From NCBI GenBank assembly GCA_038065695.1, contig JBBTQN010000016.1, positions 11,738-75,737 of the forward strand: DNA of 64,000 nt, written 5' to 3'. Position 1 is the first letter of the stretch, and each line of letters opens with the position of its first letter. The notes under the pieces were generated by a model, which saw only the letters and a list, made by a program, of their open reading frames with translations, ran no database searches and was not told the DNA's origin. Made by a program: the position numbers and the translations under genes. Shown here in pieces: positions 48,640 to 57,845 of this stretch. The DNA is from Patescibacteria group bacterium. GTDB taxonomy: Bacteria > Patescibacteriota > Patescibacteriia > 2-01-FULL-39-33.

Positions 48640-49107
48640 TTAACTTGAAAAATGCGCGAAGGCCCGGTTGGCCTCCGCCATCCGATAGACATCCTGTTTC
48701 TTCTTGATGGCCGCGCCTTCATTGTTGAAAGCGTTGATGATTTCTTCCGCCAATTTTTCCGCCATCTTTTTGCCTTTCTTCGCTTTAGCCGCGTCAATCA
48801 GCCAGCGGCAACCGAGATTGAAGCTTCTTTTGGAACGCACGGAAACCGGCACTTGATAATTGGCGCCGCCGACGCGTTTGCTTCTGATTTCTACTGTTGG
48901 TGAAACATTTTTTATCGCTTGCTCAAAGACCGAAATGGCGTCCTGCTTGGTTTTGTTGGAAATAATATCCATCGCGTCGTAAACGATTTCCTGGGCGACC
49001 GATTTCTTGCCGCGTTCCATGATGTAATTAATAAACTTCGCGATATCCTCGCGATTGAATTTTAGATCTGGTTCAATGGCTCTGACTGGCGCTTTTTTTC
49101 CTCGCAT
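48640..49107 (-). CDS. rpsG: 30S ribosomal protein S7
   Basis: RVGGANYQVP, MAEANRAFAH. Confidence 0.98.
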   Translation of the reverse strand: MRGKKAPVRAIEPDLKFNREDIAKFINYIMERGKKSVAQEIVYDAMDIISNKTKQDAISVFEQAIKNVSPTVEIRSKRVGGANYQVPVSVRSKRSFNLGCRWLIDAAKAKKGKKMAEKLAEEIINAFNNEGAAIKKKQDVYRMAEANRAFAHFSS

Positions 49108-49142
49108 AATTTTAAAAATATAAAAATAATAAAAATATAAAA

Positions 49143-49571
49143 TTAAGCCTTTGCCTTCTTGTCTTTCTTCACTCCGTAAATGCTTCGGCCGCGCTTCCTG
49201 CCTTCCACGCCCGCCGAATCATAGACGCCCCGGACAATATGGTATCTCACGCCCGGTAAATCTTTGACTCGGCCGCCGCGAATCAAAACAATGGAGTGTT
49301 CCTGTAAGTTGTGGCCGATGCCCGGGATATAAGCGGTCACTTCCTGGCCATTGGATAAGCGGACACGAGCAATCTTCCGAAGAGCGGAGTTCGGCTTCTT
49401 CGGCGTTGTGGTCCTCACCTGGATACACACGCCGCGTTTGAACACGTTGCCTTTTCTAATGGTCTTCCTTTGGCGATGCAAGGTGTCTAAGGTGATTTGC
49501 AAATCCGGCGTTTTGGATTTCTTTTTATTCGGTTTTCTTTTCTTCCGAAGCAGTTGGTTGATGGTAGGCAT
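49143..49571 (-). CDS. rpsL: 30S ribosomal protein S12
   Basis: [24 protein letters not shown]. Confidence 0.98.
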   Translation of the reverse strand: MPTINQLLRKKRKPNKKKSKTPDLQITLDTLHRQRKTIRKGNVFKRGVCIQVRTTTPKKPNSALRKIARVRLSNGQEVTAYIPGIGHNLQEHSIVLIRGGRVKDLPGVRYHIVRGVYDSAGVEGRKRGRSIYGVKKDKKAKA

Positions 49572-49775
49572 AATTATAAAAAATTAAGAAATTAAAAAAA
49601 TAAAAAAATAAATTTATTTATCCAAATATTATTTGTAGATCCGTAAAGGATTTGTAGATTCGTGGGAGTTCGTGGGAGAATAAAAAGTTCCCCCGCGGGG
49701 AACCCCAAAAATTAGAATTAGGTTGTTTTTATCCTAAGTATTTTGGGGTGTAATTATTAATAATTAACTCTAAAT

Positions 49776-49804
49776 ATTCTAACTGATTCGCCGAGATAAG
49801 TCAA
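49776..49804 (-). promoter_or_regulatory. Promoter of the str operon
   Basis: TTGACT-17 nt-TAGAAT. Confidence 0.7.
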
Positions 49805-49829
49805 CTAGGCAATTTTCCAATGGCTAAAA

Positions 49830-50459
49830 TTACAAAAATCTGGCCAAGAAATTTAAAATTAAATTAAAGAAAGACCCCAAAATGCTCCTAGGCAAAAAAC
49901 TGTCCAAAATCACCAAAACTAAAAGAATCCAAGGGCCATTGATGGAAAATTTATATTTAAACTCATCAAATCGGCTGGGTAATAAGCTGAACAGCACCTT
50001 TGAGCCGTCCAAAGGCGGAATCGGAATCAGGTTGAAAACCATTAAAATGGTGTTGACTAAAACCAACAAAAACAAAAAATTAGTCAAAAGATTATACGGG
50101 CCGAGAGCGGGAGCGACGAATTTTAGGATAATGCCGAATATAAAAATCCCCAAGAAATTTGAAAATGGCCCGGCCAGAGAGATTACACCCTCGGCTAAAC
50201 GAGGATTTTTGGTATTACCCAAGTTCACCGGCACCGGCTTGGCCCAGCCAAAGCCGACAAAAACCAGCATTAAAAATCCCAACGGGTCTAAGTGCGCCAA
50301 AGGGTTTAAGGTCATTCGCCCCGCCTGCTCGGCCGTGCTGTCGCCGAAAAAACGCGCGGCGGCAGCGTGGGAAAATTCATGAATGGTCAAAGTGACCAAG
50401 ATGGCGAGGATCCAAGTGACGAAAAAAATCGGGTCGGAAAATATCCAATTGATGGGCAT
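49830..50459 (-). CDS. Site-2 protease (peptidase M50)
   Basis: HEFSH, GWAKPVPVN, FNLIPIPPLDGS. Confidence 0.94.
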   Translation of the reverse strand: MPINWIFSDPIFFVTWILAILVTLTIHEFSHAAAARFFGDSTAEQAGRMTLNPLAHLDPLGFLMLVFVGFGWAKPVPVNLGNTKNPRLAEGVISLAGPFSNFLGIFIFGIILKFVAPALGPYNLLTNFLFLLVLVNTILMVFNLIPIPPLDGSKVLFSLLPSRFDEFKYKFSINGPWILLVLVILDSFLPRSILGSFFNLILNFLARFL

Positions 50460-50532
50460 GCGATGAAGTTGAAAGTTTATAAAGTCTGTAAAGTCAAAAG
50501 TCTGACGACGACTTTATTTTATATTAACATTA

Positions 50533-50561
50533 TTGACTTATTTTGACAAATATGATAAGAT
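50533..50561 (+). promoter_or_regulatory. Promoter of rpmB
   Basis: TTGACT-17 nt-TAAGAT with extended TG. Confidence 0.6.
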
Positions 50562-50586
50562 TATATCCATAAACAAATATCTTGAG

Positions 50587-50696
50587 AATTTTTAATTTCC
50601 AATTTTTAATTTTTAAATAATTTTTAATGATTTAATTTTTAAAAATTAGAAATTAGATCATTATTTAAAAATTACAAAATTAAAAATTAAAAATTT
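50587..50696. repeat. Inverted heptamer spacer, AATTTTT family, in the rpmB 5' UTR
   Basis: Arms aatttttaatttccaattttt.. and ..aaaattaaaaattaaaaatt. Confidence 0.85.
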
Positions 50697-50700
50697 CATT

Positions 50701-50880
50701 ATGTCTCAAACTTGTTCCATCTGCGGCCGAGGGACGGCGACCGGATTCAATGTCAGCCATTCCAAAGTAAAAACCAAAAGAAAACAAAAAATTAATTTGA
50801 AAAGCAAGAAAATCGGCGGTCGGAAAATAAAAATCTGCACCAATTGCCTCAAGACGATGAGCAAGAAGGCCGCCAAGTAA
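50701..50880 (+). CDS. rpmB: 50S ribosomal protein L28 (not in ORF track)
   Basis: Manual translation: MSQTCSICGRGTATGFNVSHSKVKTKRKQKINLKSKKIGGRKIKICTNCLKTMSKKAAK*, 59 aa. Confidence 0.95.
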   Translation: MSQTCSICGRGTATGFNVSHSKVKTKRKQKINLKSKKIGGRKIKICTNCLKTMSKKAAK

Positions 50881-50999
50881 TACGCCTCTCTGCGCCCCGC
50901 TTATCAAAAATAGCCCATCAACTATTGGGCTATTTTATTTTTATATTTTTATATTCTTGCTTGCCCCGTATCCAACTTTGTTGTGATACTGGGGTATTT

Positions 51000-51503
51000 T
51001 TAAAACGTATGCGCTTCATAAACCGTCTGGTATTCAAAAAGCTCGTCCTCATTGAACCATAAATAAATTTCCCTTTCCGCGTCATTTTTATCCGATGAAG
51101 CATGAACCAGATTTTCCACGACTTTGCCCTGCGCGTCGGCATGGCGATAACTCACATGGGCGTAGTCGCCCCTGATGGTGCCTGGCAATGCCGCTTTCGG
51201 CTCGGTTGGGCCGACCATCATCCGCACATTTTCAATCGCGTCCACGCCTTCTATCACCATCGCCACCACCGGACCGGAAGTGATAAAATCCATCAAATTG
51301 TTTCTCACTTTCTCCCCCCGCCGTTTAATAATATCCTCACCGTAATGCTCACCAGCTTTATCCGCCTTTACCCAACAGAGTCTCATCCCGACGATTTTCA
51401 TGCCCGCCCTTTCAAAGCGAGTGGTAATTTCTCCCACTAATCCACGCTTAATCGCGTCGGGTTTGAGTAGAACCAATGTTCGTTCTATCGCTTCCGGTTT
51501 CAT
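51000..51503 (-). CDS. ndk: Nucleoside-diphosphate kinase
   Basis: ERTLVLLKPDA, SGPVVAM, PGTIRGD, NLVHAS. Confidence 0.96.
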   Translation of the reverse strand: MKPEAIERTLVLLKPDAIKRGLVGEITTRFERAGMKIVGMRLCWVKADKAGEHYGEDIIKRRGEKVRNNLMDFITSGPVVAMVIEGVDAIENVRMMVGPTEPKAALPGTIRGDYAHVSYRHADAQGKVVENLVHASSDKNDAEREIYLWFNEDELFEYQTVYEAHTF

Positions 51504-51508
51504 AAAAA

Positions 51509-51889
51509 TTATTTAGTAATTAATTCTTTAACTTTTTGAATTACTTCGGCGGGCGTGTGCTGGGATTTGACGAAATAATCGGCGGCGCCCAAATTCGTTC
51601 CTTTTTCCTTGTCCGATTCCTGGCCCAAATTGGTCAGGAGCAAAACCGGAATGTCTTTTGTCTCCATTTCCGCTTTCATATTCTGTAAAATAGTGAATCC
51701 GTCTATCTCGGGCAAAATCACATCCAATAAAACAACCGCCGGCTTTTCTTTTTTGGCGATTTCAATCGCCTCGCTGCCGCGGTCAGTCGCCGTCACTTCG
51801 TATCCTTCGGCTTCCAGCCGCATCTTGTACATTTCCACGATCATCGGGTCGTCTTCAATGAGGAGAATCTTAGTTTTAGCGTCGGACAT
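51509..51889 (-). CDS. Stand-alone response regulator receiver protein
   Basis: ILLIEDD, LLDVILPEIDG, GAADYFVK. Confidence 0.92.
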   Translation of the reverse strand: MSDAKTKILLIEDDPMIVEMYKMRLEAEGYEVTATDRGSEAIEIAKKEKPAVVLLDVILPEIDGFTILQNMKAEMETKDIPVLLLTNLGQESDKEKGTNLGAADYFVKSQHTPAEVIQKVKELITK

Positions 51890-52019
51890 ATTGAATAAAT
51901 AATAATTAACGAGATTATCTTAGCAAAGAAAATAAAAAATCGCAAGAAGGCCACTTCCCTCTGCCACTCCATTAATCCCAAATAAAAAAGGCATCCGTCA
52001 TCAATGACTAGATGCCTCG

Positions 52020-52619
52020 TTAAATCTTTCTCCTTGCTTTGTATGCCAGGTATTTCTCCAAATATCTTTCTTCATTGTACTTATATGAAGGATTAAAATC
52101 AGCAATAATTATCGAACCATGACTCCTTATGGTTTTTTGCGTATACTTACTCCCATAATCAAGCATTTTTAATTTTCCGTCATCAATAGAAAAATTCCTT
52201 GGGTTCATCCAGTGGTGATTATCGCTACCAAAAAACGGATTGTCGTCATTTGAATCAAATAATATCTCTGTCGCCTGACTCAAAATTGCTCCCCATTCTT
52301 TTACTTGTTCTTTTCCCGCTAATTGGATATTGAAAAATCCAAACAAAGAAAAAAATGTCGGCTGCAAAATAGGATGTCTGGTTTTTAAATAAAAAATAAA
52401 TTCCCGCCAATTTTTTAAGATACCGCCAAATAAATATGACTTGACATCACCCATATCTTCTTTTTGAAGGGGCGGATTACCTCCAAAATAACGCTGGAGG
52501 TTTCTTTTTGTCAAAGCAATAGAAGTTAAAAAACGAATCATCGGCAGTTTAAAAACTAATCCCAATTTAGGAAACACGAATACAACCCGTGTCTTTCCTT
52601 TGCAAATATACATAGCCAA
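52020..52619 (-). CDS. Hypothetical protein with protein-kinase-like motifs
   Basis: GKTRVVF..VFKLP .. NPRNF..KLKMLDYG. Own SD (GGAGG) and downstream hairpin; the start may be the ATG two codons in. Confidence 0.55.
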   Translation of the reverse strand: MAMYICKGKTRVVFVFPKLGLVFKLPMIRFLTSIALTKRNLQRYFGGNPPLQKEDMGDVKSYLFGGILKNWREFIFYLKTRHPILQPTFFSLFGFFNIQLAGKEQVKEWGAILSQATEILFDSNDDNPFFGSDNHHWMNPRNFSIDDGKLKMLDYGSKYTQKTIRSHGSIIIADFNPSYKYNEERYLEKYLAYKARRKI

Positions 52620-52701
52620 TACCCTCCCTTCTGCTTATTGTCAAGTTACAATTTCTCTAGGAGAGATATTACTATATTATGATAAAAAAATCAATAGTTT
52701 A

Positions 52702-53589
52702 TTATTTAATCAACTGCCACTTTACTCCATTACTCTCAAATACTATATCTCCATTCCTATCCGTCCTAAAAATCTTCACCCCCATCTCCTCCAAATAATA
52801 AATGGCGCGGAAAGAGGGCAGGCCGTATGAATTGTCAGCGCCGACTTCAATGACGGCGTATTGGGGCTGGACAACGGCCAGAAATTCTTGGCTGTTGCCG
52901 TTGGAAGAGCCGTGATGACCGACTTTCAAAAGGTCGGCTTTGACGAGCTCGGGAGAGCTGGAAGCCAGCTTTTCTTCCTGCTCAAAATCGCCCATAAAAA
53001 GCGCGGTTGAGGAAACATAAGACAAGCGGAAAACAATTGACGAATTATTAAGATTATCAAAACGCCGACCCTCAATATTCTCTAAAGGCCAGAGTATTTC
53101 TATCGTCGTGGAGGCGTCCAGCGCGATTTGTTTTTGGCCGTCCACAATTTCCACGGGGATATTTTTTTCTTTAATTAAGTTTAAAAATTCAATATAATCG
53201 CCGGCAGTGTGGCTCGCGCCGGTCATCATAACTTTTTCCACCCGATATCTTTTTAGCACTTCCACCAGGCCGGTGACATGATCGGCATGCGGATGGGTCA
53301 AGATGACGAGCTCCAAATCATTGTCGGTGAGAGGCAGATATTTGCCCAATTTTTCCAAAACCGAATTATCCGGCCCGCCGTCAACTAAAATGTCGTCGCC
53401 TTTGGCCGTCCGGATGAGCTCGCTGTCGCCTTGGCCCACGTCAAAGAAGTAAATTTTTAATTCTGGTTGCGGGTTGGAAGCGGTATCAGATAATACCTGC
53501 GGCTGGCGAGAATTATAAAAAATTAAAAAAACAAGAAAACAAGAAAATAAAATGACAATAAATATAATTTTTGTTTTTTTGTTAAACAT
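52702..53589 (-). CDS. ComEC/Rec2-associated metallo-beta-lactamase-fold nuclease
   Basis: DVGQGD, THPHADHVTG, LKVGHHGS, RTDRNG. Confidence 0.92.
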   Translation of the reverse strand: MFNKKTKIIFIVILFSCFLVFLIFYNSRQPQVLSDTASNPQPELKIYFFDVGQGDSELIRTAKGDDILVDGGPDNSVLEKLGKYLPLTDNDLELVILTHPHADHVTGLVEVLKRYRVEKVMMTGASHTAGDYIEFLNLIKEKNIPVEIVDGQKQIALDASTTIEILWPLENIEGRRFDNLNNSSIVFRLSYVSSTALFMGDFEQEEKLASSSPELVKADLLKVGHHGSSNGNSQEFLAVVQPQYAVIEVGADNSYGLPSFRAIYYLEEMGVKIFRTDRNGDIVFESNGVKWQLIK

Positions 53590-53607
53590 CGTTAATTTCT
53601 TAATTTC

Positions 53608-55152
53608 TTAATTTTTTAATTTCTTATTCGTATTATACACCCAAACCGCAATCACCCCGTAGAGCGCGACCACCAAAAAAATATTTAGCCACTCTATTTG
53701 GAGGCTTGAGAGTGGCACTTTTGACAAGCGATCAACCACCCAAAGAAAATAACCAGCGGCAAAATAGCTGACATAACCCAAGAGTTTTCCGAGCGGCAAA
53801 AAAACCGCGCCAACGACCGCGTTGATAAAGCCCCAAACCATTAAAAACGGAATGGTGGGCAAAATTAAAATATTGGCCAGAAAAGAAGAAAGAGAAAGCC
53901 GATGAAAATAAAAAATTATCAAAGGTAAGGTCATTATTTGGGCGGCCAAGGTCATAATAAATATTTCTTTGACTTGCCAAAATTCGGGCAGGCGGCGGAA
54001 ATATTTTTCCAAAATAGGAACGAGATAAATCAAGCCGATGACCGCCATAAAAGAAAGCTGAAAACCGACGTCAAAAATCAAAACTTTCGGGTTGAAGGCG
54101 AGCATCACGGCGGCGGCAAAAACAATCAGATTAAGCGAGTTATTCAGCCGGCCGACTTTCTGGGCATACAAGACGAGGATGCCCATAATCGCCGAGCGGA
54201 CGGCCGAAGCCGGCGCGCCGATCATGACAATATAAAAAACAATGATGGCGGCGATGGCCCAAAACGCCTTTGGCCGAGATATCCCGAGGCCAATCGCGAC
54301 GCTCATTAAAACCATGGAAATAATGGCAATATGCTGGCCGGAAATGGCGATGATATGGGTGACGCCGGTTTGGGAAAATTTATCCATCCACGCCGGCGAC
54401 AAACCGCCGCGGTTGTTAAAAAGCATCGCCTGAAGAAGGGCGTTTTGCGGCTCTCGAATGGAGAGGGAGAGGCCATTAGACAAAAATTTTTTCGCTTTTA
54501 ATACATTAATTATTAGACCCCTCCCCAACCCTCCCCTTGAGACAAGGGGAGGGGGATTTGTTTTAGAAATCTTCGCGAACGAACACACCGAATAAATATC
54601 ATATCGGGCTAAATATTTTTCATAATCAAAATCATCGAACTTTTCCGGTTTTTTTAGTTGGCAAGAAACACCGACTTCATCACCGTATTGATATTTAGGA
54701 TAAAGCGGTAAGGTCAATAAAACTTTGCCGCTAACCGGTATTTTACCCGCCAATTTTGAATTAATAGTTATTTTCTGCTTATCAATCCGTTCGTCAATAT
54801 CGGCGACAACACCGGAAAAGTTGGTTTCTCGGCCGTTATAATAGTAAATTTTCGTTTCGTCGGAAAAATCAGGCAGAGAAATTTGATAACGCCAAACGCC
54901 GAGGAAGAAACAAAAAATAAAAAATATTAAGACGCCCCACCGGGGCGTCTCTACAACGGGCAAGCCCGCCTTCGCTAAAGCTACGGCGGGCAAGGAAAAA
55001 ATCAGCCCGAGAGCTGATATTAAAATTAAACAAAAGATAATAAACGAGTTAAAAGAAAAAAAACTGGAAACACCGACGCCGACAATAAAAAATAAAAGAC
55101 AAAATAAAAATATTTTTGATTTGGAATGGGTAATTCTCTGCCAATAATTCAT
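53608..55152 (-). CDS. comEC: Competence protein ComEC (DUF4131 + Competence domain) with three in-frame palindromic insertions
   Basis: GVTHIIAISGQH, ASAVRSAIM, DVGFQLSF. Confidence 0.93.
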   Translation of the reverse strand: MNYWQRITHSKSKIFLFCLLFFIVGVGVSSFFSFNSFIIFCLILISALGLIFSLPAVALAKAGLPVVETPRWGVLIFFIFCFFLGVWRYQISLPDFSDETKIYYYNGRETNFSGVVADIDERIDKQKITINSKLAGKIPVSGKVLLTLPLYPKYQYGDEVGVSCQLKKPEKFDDFDYEKYLARYDIYSVCSFAKISKTNPPPLVSRGGLGRGLIINVLKAKKFLSNGLSLSIREPQNALLQAMLFNNRGGLSPAWMDKFSQTGVTHIIAISGQHIAIISMVLMSVAIGLGISRPKAFWAIAAIIVFYIVMIGAPASAVRSAIMGILVLYAQKVGRLNNSLNLIVFAAAVMLAFNPKVLIFDVGFQLSFMAVIGLIYLVPILEKYFRRLPEFWQVKEIFIMTLAAQIMTLPLIIFYFHRLSLSSFLANILILPTIPFLMVWGFINAVVGAVFLPLGKLLGYVSYFAAGYFLWVVDRLSKVPLSSLQIEWLNIFLVVALYGVIAVWVYNTNKKLKN

Positions 55153-55190
55153 TATTTTTTGAATTACGAAATGACATGATTTATTTATAT

Positions 55191-55292
55191 CTAAATTCAG
55201 AAATTGCCTTATTTTCGCCGCGAGGACTGTTTGAGCCCCGCCTTGGCGGGGCGAGTTCCGCAGCCAGAAAATAAGGCAATTCCTGAATTTAG
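55191..55292. mobile_element. MITE-like element with 26-bp terminal inverted repeats
   Basis: CTAAATTCAG(A/G)AATTGCCTTATTTTC at both ends (1 mismatch); core GCGAGGACTGTTTGAGC..GCGAGTTCCGCAGC with nested CCCCGCCTTGGCGGGG. Confidence 0.7.
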
Positions 55293-55309
55293 TAATTCGC
55301 AGATATTTA

Positions 55310-56396
55310 TTATTCCTTAATTTTTCCTCTTAAATAGCTCTCCACAAAATCATCAATCTCCCCGTTCAAGACGCGGTCCACATCGGCAGTTTCGTGTTCG
55401 GTCCGGTGATCTTTGACTAATTTATACGGATTGAGGACATAAGAACGCGCTTGATTGCCCCATTCGGCTTTCTGATAGTCCCCTTTCATCACCTTTACTC
55501 TTTCGCCTTCCTCGGTTTCATAATATTTTAAAAGTTTTGCCTTCAAAATCCTGATGGCGCTCTTCTTGTTTTGGAGCTGGGAGCGTTCGTTTTGGCATTT
55601 GGCGGCGAGGCCGGTGGGAAGGTGAGTGATTCGTACCGCCGAGTCAGTCGTGTTGACGCTCTGTCCGCCGTGACCCGAAGCGCGCATCACTTCAATTTTT
55701 AAATCCTCGTCTTTGAGCTCAATCTCCTTAATCCCCTCCGATTCCGGCAAAACCTCCACCAAAGCGAATGAGGTGTGGCGCATTTTTTCCGCGTCAAACG
55801 GCGAAATGCGCACCAAACGATGGACGCCATTCTCGGATTTTAGCCAGCCGTAAGCCCAGCGGCCGCTGATTTCTATCGTCGCGCTCTTTAGTCCCGCTTC
55901 CGCGCCCGGCGTTTCATCCACCACCTTCGCCTCAAAATTGTGCCGCTCGCAAAACCTCAAATACAGCCGCCGGAGCATTTGCGCCCAGTCCTGCGCGTCC
56001 ACCCCGCCGGTGCCGGCGTGGATGGAGACGACCACGCTTCCCTCGTCATAACGCCCGGAAAATAAAACCAAGAATTCCAATTCTTTGAATTCTTGGATTA
56101 GTTTTGACAGTTTTTTTCCAATTTCTTCCGACAGGCCGCTGTCATCCATCTGGGCCAGCTCGCCGAGTTCATCAACTTCATTTTTTAAATTTTCCCAACT
56201 CGCCAAATCTGATTTTAAATTTTCATACCTTTGGCTGATGACCCTGGCTTTTTCCGGCTCCGCCCAAAAATCGGAGTGAGAAATTTCCTTCTCCAATTCG
56301 GCGATTTCCTTTTTTACTTTATCCAAGTCAAAGCAACCTCCAAATTCCAGAGATTTGACGCTTCAAATCTTTAATTTGACTCGATGTCTCATTCAT
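55310..56396 (-). CDS. prfB: Peptide chain release factor 2 (programmed +1 frameshift)
   Basis: SPF and GGQ motifs. ATG 56396 reads 22 codons to CTT TGA C (56333-56327), preceded by an internal SD GGAGG. Confidence 0.97.
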
Positions 56397-56397
56397 A

Positions 56398-56736
56398 CTA
56401 CTTCAGTTGCTTTAATTGGTTTATAAAATCAAAAATACCATTGGCCTGCCCGAAGAGATCCTGATAATTACCGAACAAATCCTTGACTAACGGCGGCAGC
56501 CAGATGAAGGCGGCGATAATCGGCGCCACAATAACCACCAGCCAAATGATTGAAATCACTATCCGCCAAAACATGAAACTCCTGATTTTTTGAGTGTCGG
56601 CGTAAATCGCGCGGTTGTATTTTAAATTTTCTTCCAATAATTTCCTTAATTCCTCCTTTTCTTCTTTGACCAAGTGCTCGGTTGCTTTGGCGTAATTGAT
56701 GTCCTCCTCTATTCGGCTTAAAAAATTTTGATCCAT
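56398..56736 (-). CDS. Hypothetical membrane protein
   Basis: Coiled coil plus one TM helix. Confidence 0.7.
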   Translation of the reverse strand: MDQNFLSRIEEDINYAKATEHLVKEEKEELRKLLEENLKYNRAIYADTQKIRSFMFWRIVISIIWLVVIVAPIIAAFIWLPPLVKDLFGNYQDLFGQANGIFDFINQLKQLK

Positions 56737-56858
56737 AAAATCTAAATTATAAATTCAAAATTACAAATCCCAAATAGTTGCTAAAAAACGTTAATTTTTA
56801 AAGAATTTTGGAATTTGATATTTTAGATTTGGGATTTATTCTATTATACCACATTACT

Positions 56859-57554
56859 CTATCTGACAACACAGTTTTCCACAAACCGACTCGCGAGGTC
56901 GCGAAACTCCGCCATTTCGCCCACCGAAAAACTCGCACCGGTATAATTTTTCTCAATCAATTCGCCTTGGGGCGAAAAATTCTGTAAATAATACGTCTGG
57001 GCGCCGGCAATCAGCTCAACCATTTTGGTCAAATCCTCTTTCTGATGGAATCCTTTAATTAAAGTGCTTCTAAATTCATGGGGCAGACCGCTGTCTCTGA
57101 TAATTTTTACGCTTTCTTTAATCGCTTCTTCAGCCACGGCCTGGCCGCAAATTTCTAAGTAACGGCCCAAAGGCGCTTTGATGTCCATCGCCAGATAATC
57201 AATCAGCCCCGCCTCAATTAATTTTTTCAAAACATCGGGCAAAAGCCCGTTGGTGTCCAATTTGACCGAATAATCGATTTTTTTTATTTCTGCTAAAAAT
57301 GCCGCGAGATCGGCTTGGATGGTCGGCTCGCCGCCGGAAATCACCGCGCCGTCCAGATATTTTCTTCTTCTGTTTAAATATTCAAAAACATAATCTTCCG
57401 GCATTGGGTTTCCGGCTGAAATGAGCTCGGGCAAAACCAAATTCGGATTATAACAAAAAGGACAGCGCATATTACAACCGCTGGTAAATATGATCGCTGC
57501 CACCTTTTGCGGATAATCCAGTAAAGTCACTGGTTGTAATCCGCCGATTTTCAT
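56859..57554 (-). CDS. nrdG: Anaerobic ribonucleotide reductase activating protein (radical SAM)
   Basis: CNMRCPFCYN, SGGEPT, KLDTNG. Confidence 0.93.
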   Translation of the reverse strand: MKIGGLQPVTLLDYPQKVAAIIFTSGCNMRCPFCYNPNLVLPELISAGNPMPEDYVFEYLNRRRKYLDGAVISGGEPTIQADLAAFLAEIKKIDYSVKLDTNGLLPDVLKKLIEAGLIDYLAMDIKAPLGRYLEICGQAVAEEAIKESVKIIRDSGLPHEFRSTLIKGFHQKEDLTKMVELIAGAQTYYLQNFSPQGELIEKNYTGASFSVGEMAEFRDLASRFVENCVVR

Positions 57555-57573
57555 AAGTCTTTTTGTCTTACAA

Positions 57574-57729
57574 TCAATCGTTTAAGACGCCGCTCTTTTC
57601 AAAAGTCTTCCGGTCGGAAAATTCCGATTGTTTGCCCGGATTCCACTGGTCCACCGGCCGAATGTAGCCGACGACGCGGGAATAAACCTCGCAGAGCTGG
57701 CGTTTCGCTGTTGTTTTGTCACCTTCCAT
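57574..57729 (-). CDS. Separately encoded NrdD C-terminal glycyl-radical peptide (51 aa; not in ORF track)
   Basis: MEGDKTTAKRQLCEVYSRVVGYIRPVDQWNPGKQSEFSDRKTFEKSGVLND*; RxxGY glycyl-radical motif. Confidence 0.9.
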   Translation of the reverse strand: MEGDKTTAKRQLCEVYSRVVGYIRPVDQWNPGKQSEFSDRKTFEKSGVLND

Positions 57730-57760
57730 ATAAAAATTTATTTATTAATAAATTTTAATT

Positions 57761-57845
57761 TATAAAGTCCATAAAGTCGAAAGTCTATAAAGTCGTCTGA
57801 TTAATGACTTTAAGAACTTTATGAACTTTTAACTTTATAGACTTA
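57761..57845. repeat. Inverted tandem-repeat spacer, AAAGTCTAT family, between the two nrdD parts
   Basis: tataaagtccataaagtcgaaagtctataaagtc .. gactttaagaactttatgaacttttaactttatagactta. Confidence 0.85.

Noticed and set aside
56327-56341. prfB frame break as a pseudogene or a novelty
   Set aside because: It is the canonical SD + CTT TGA C autoregulatory +1 frameshift.
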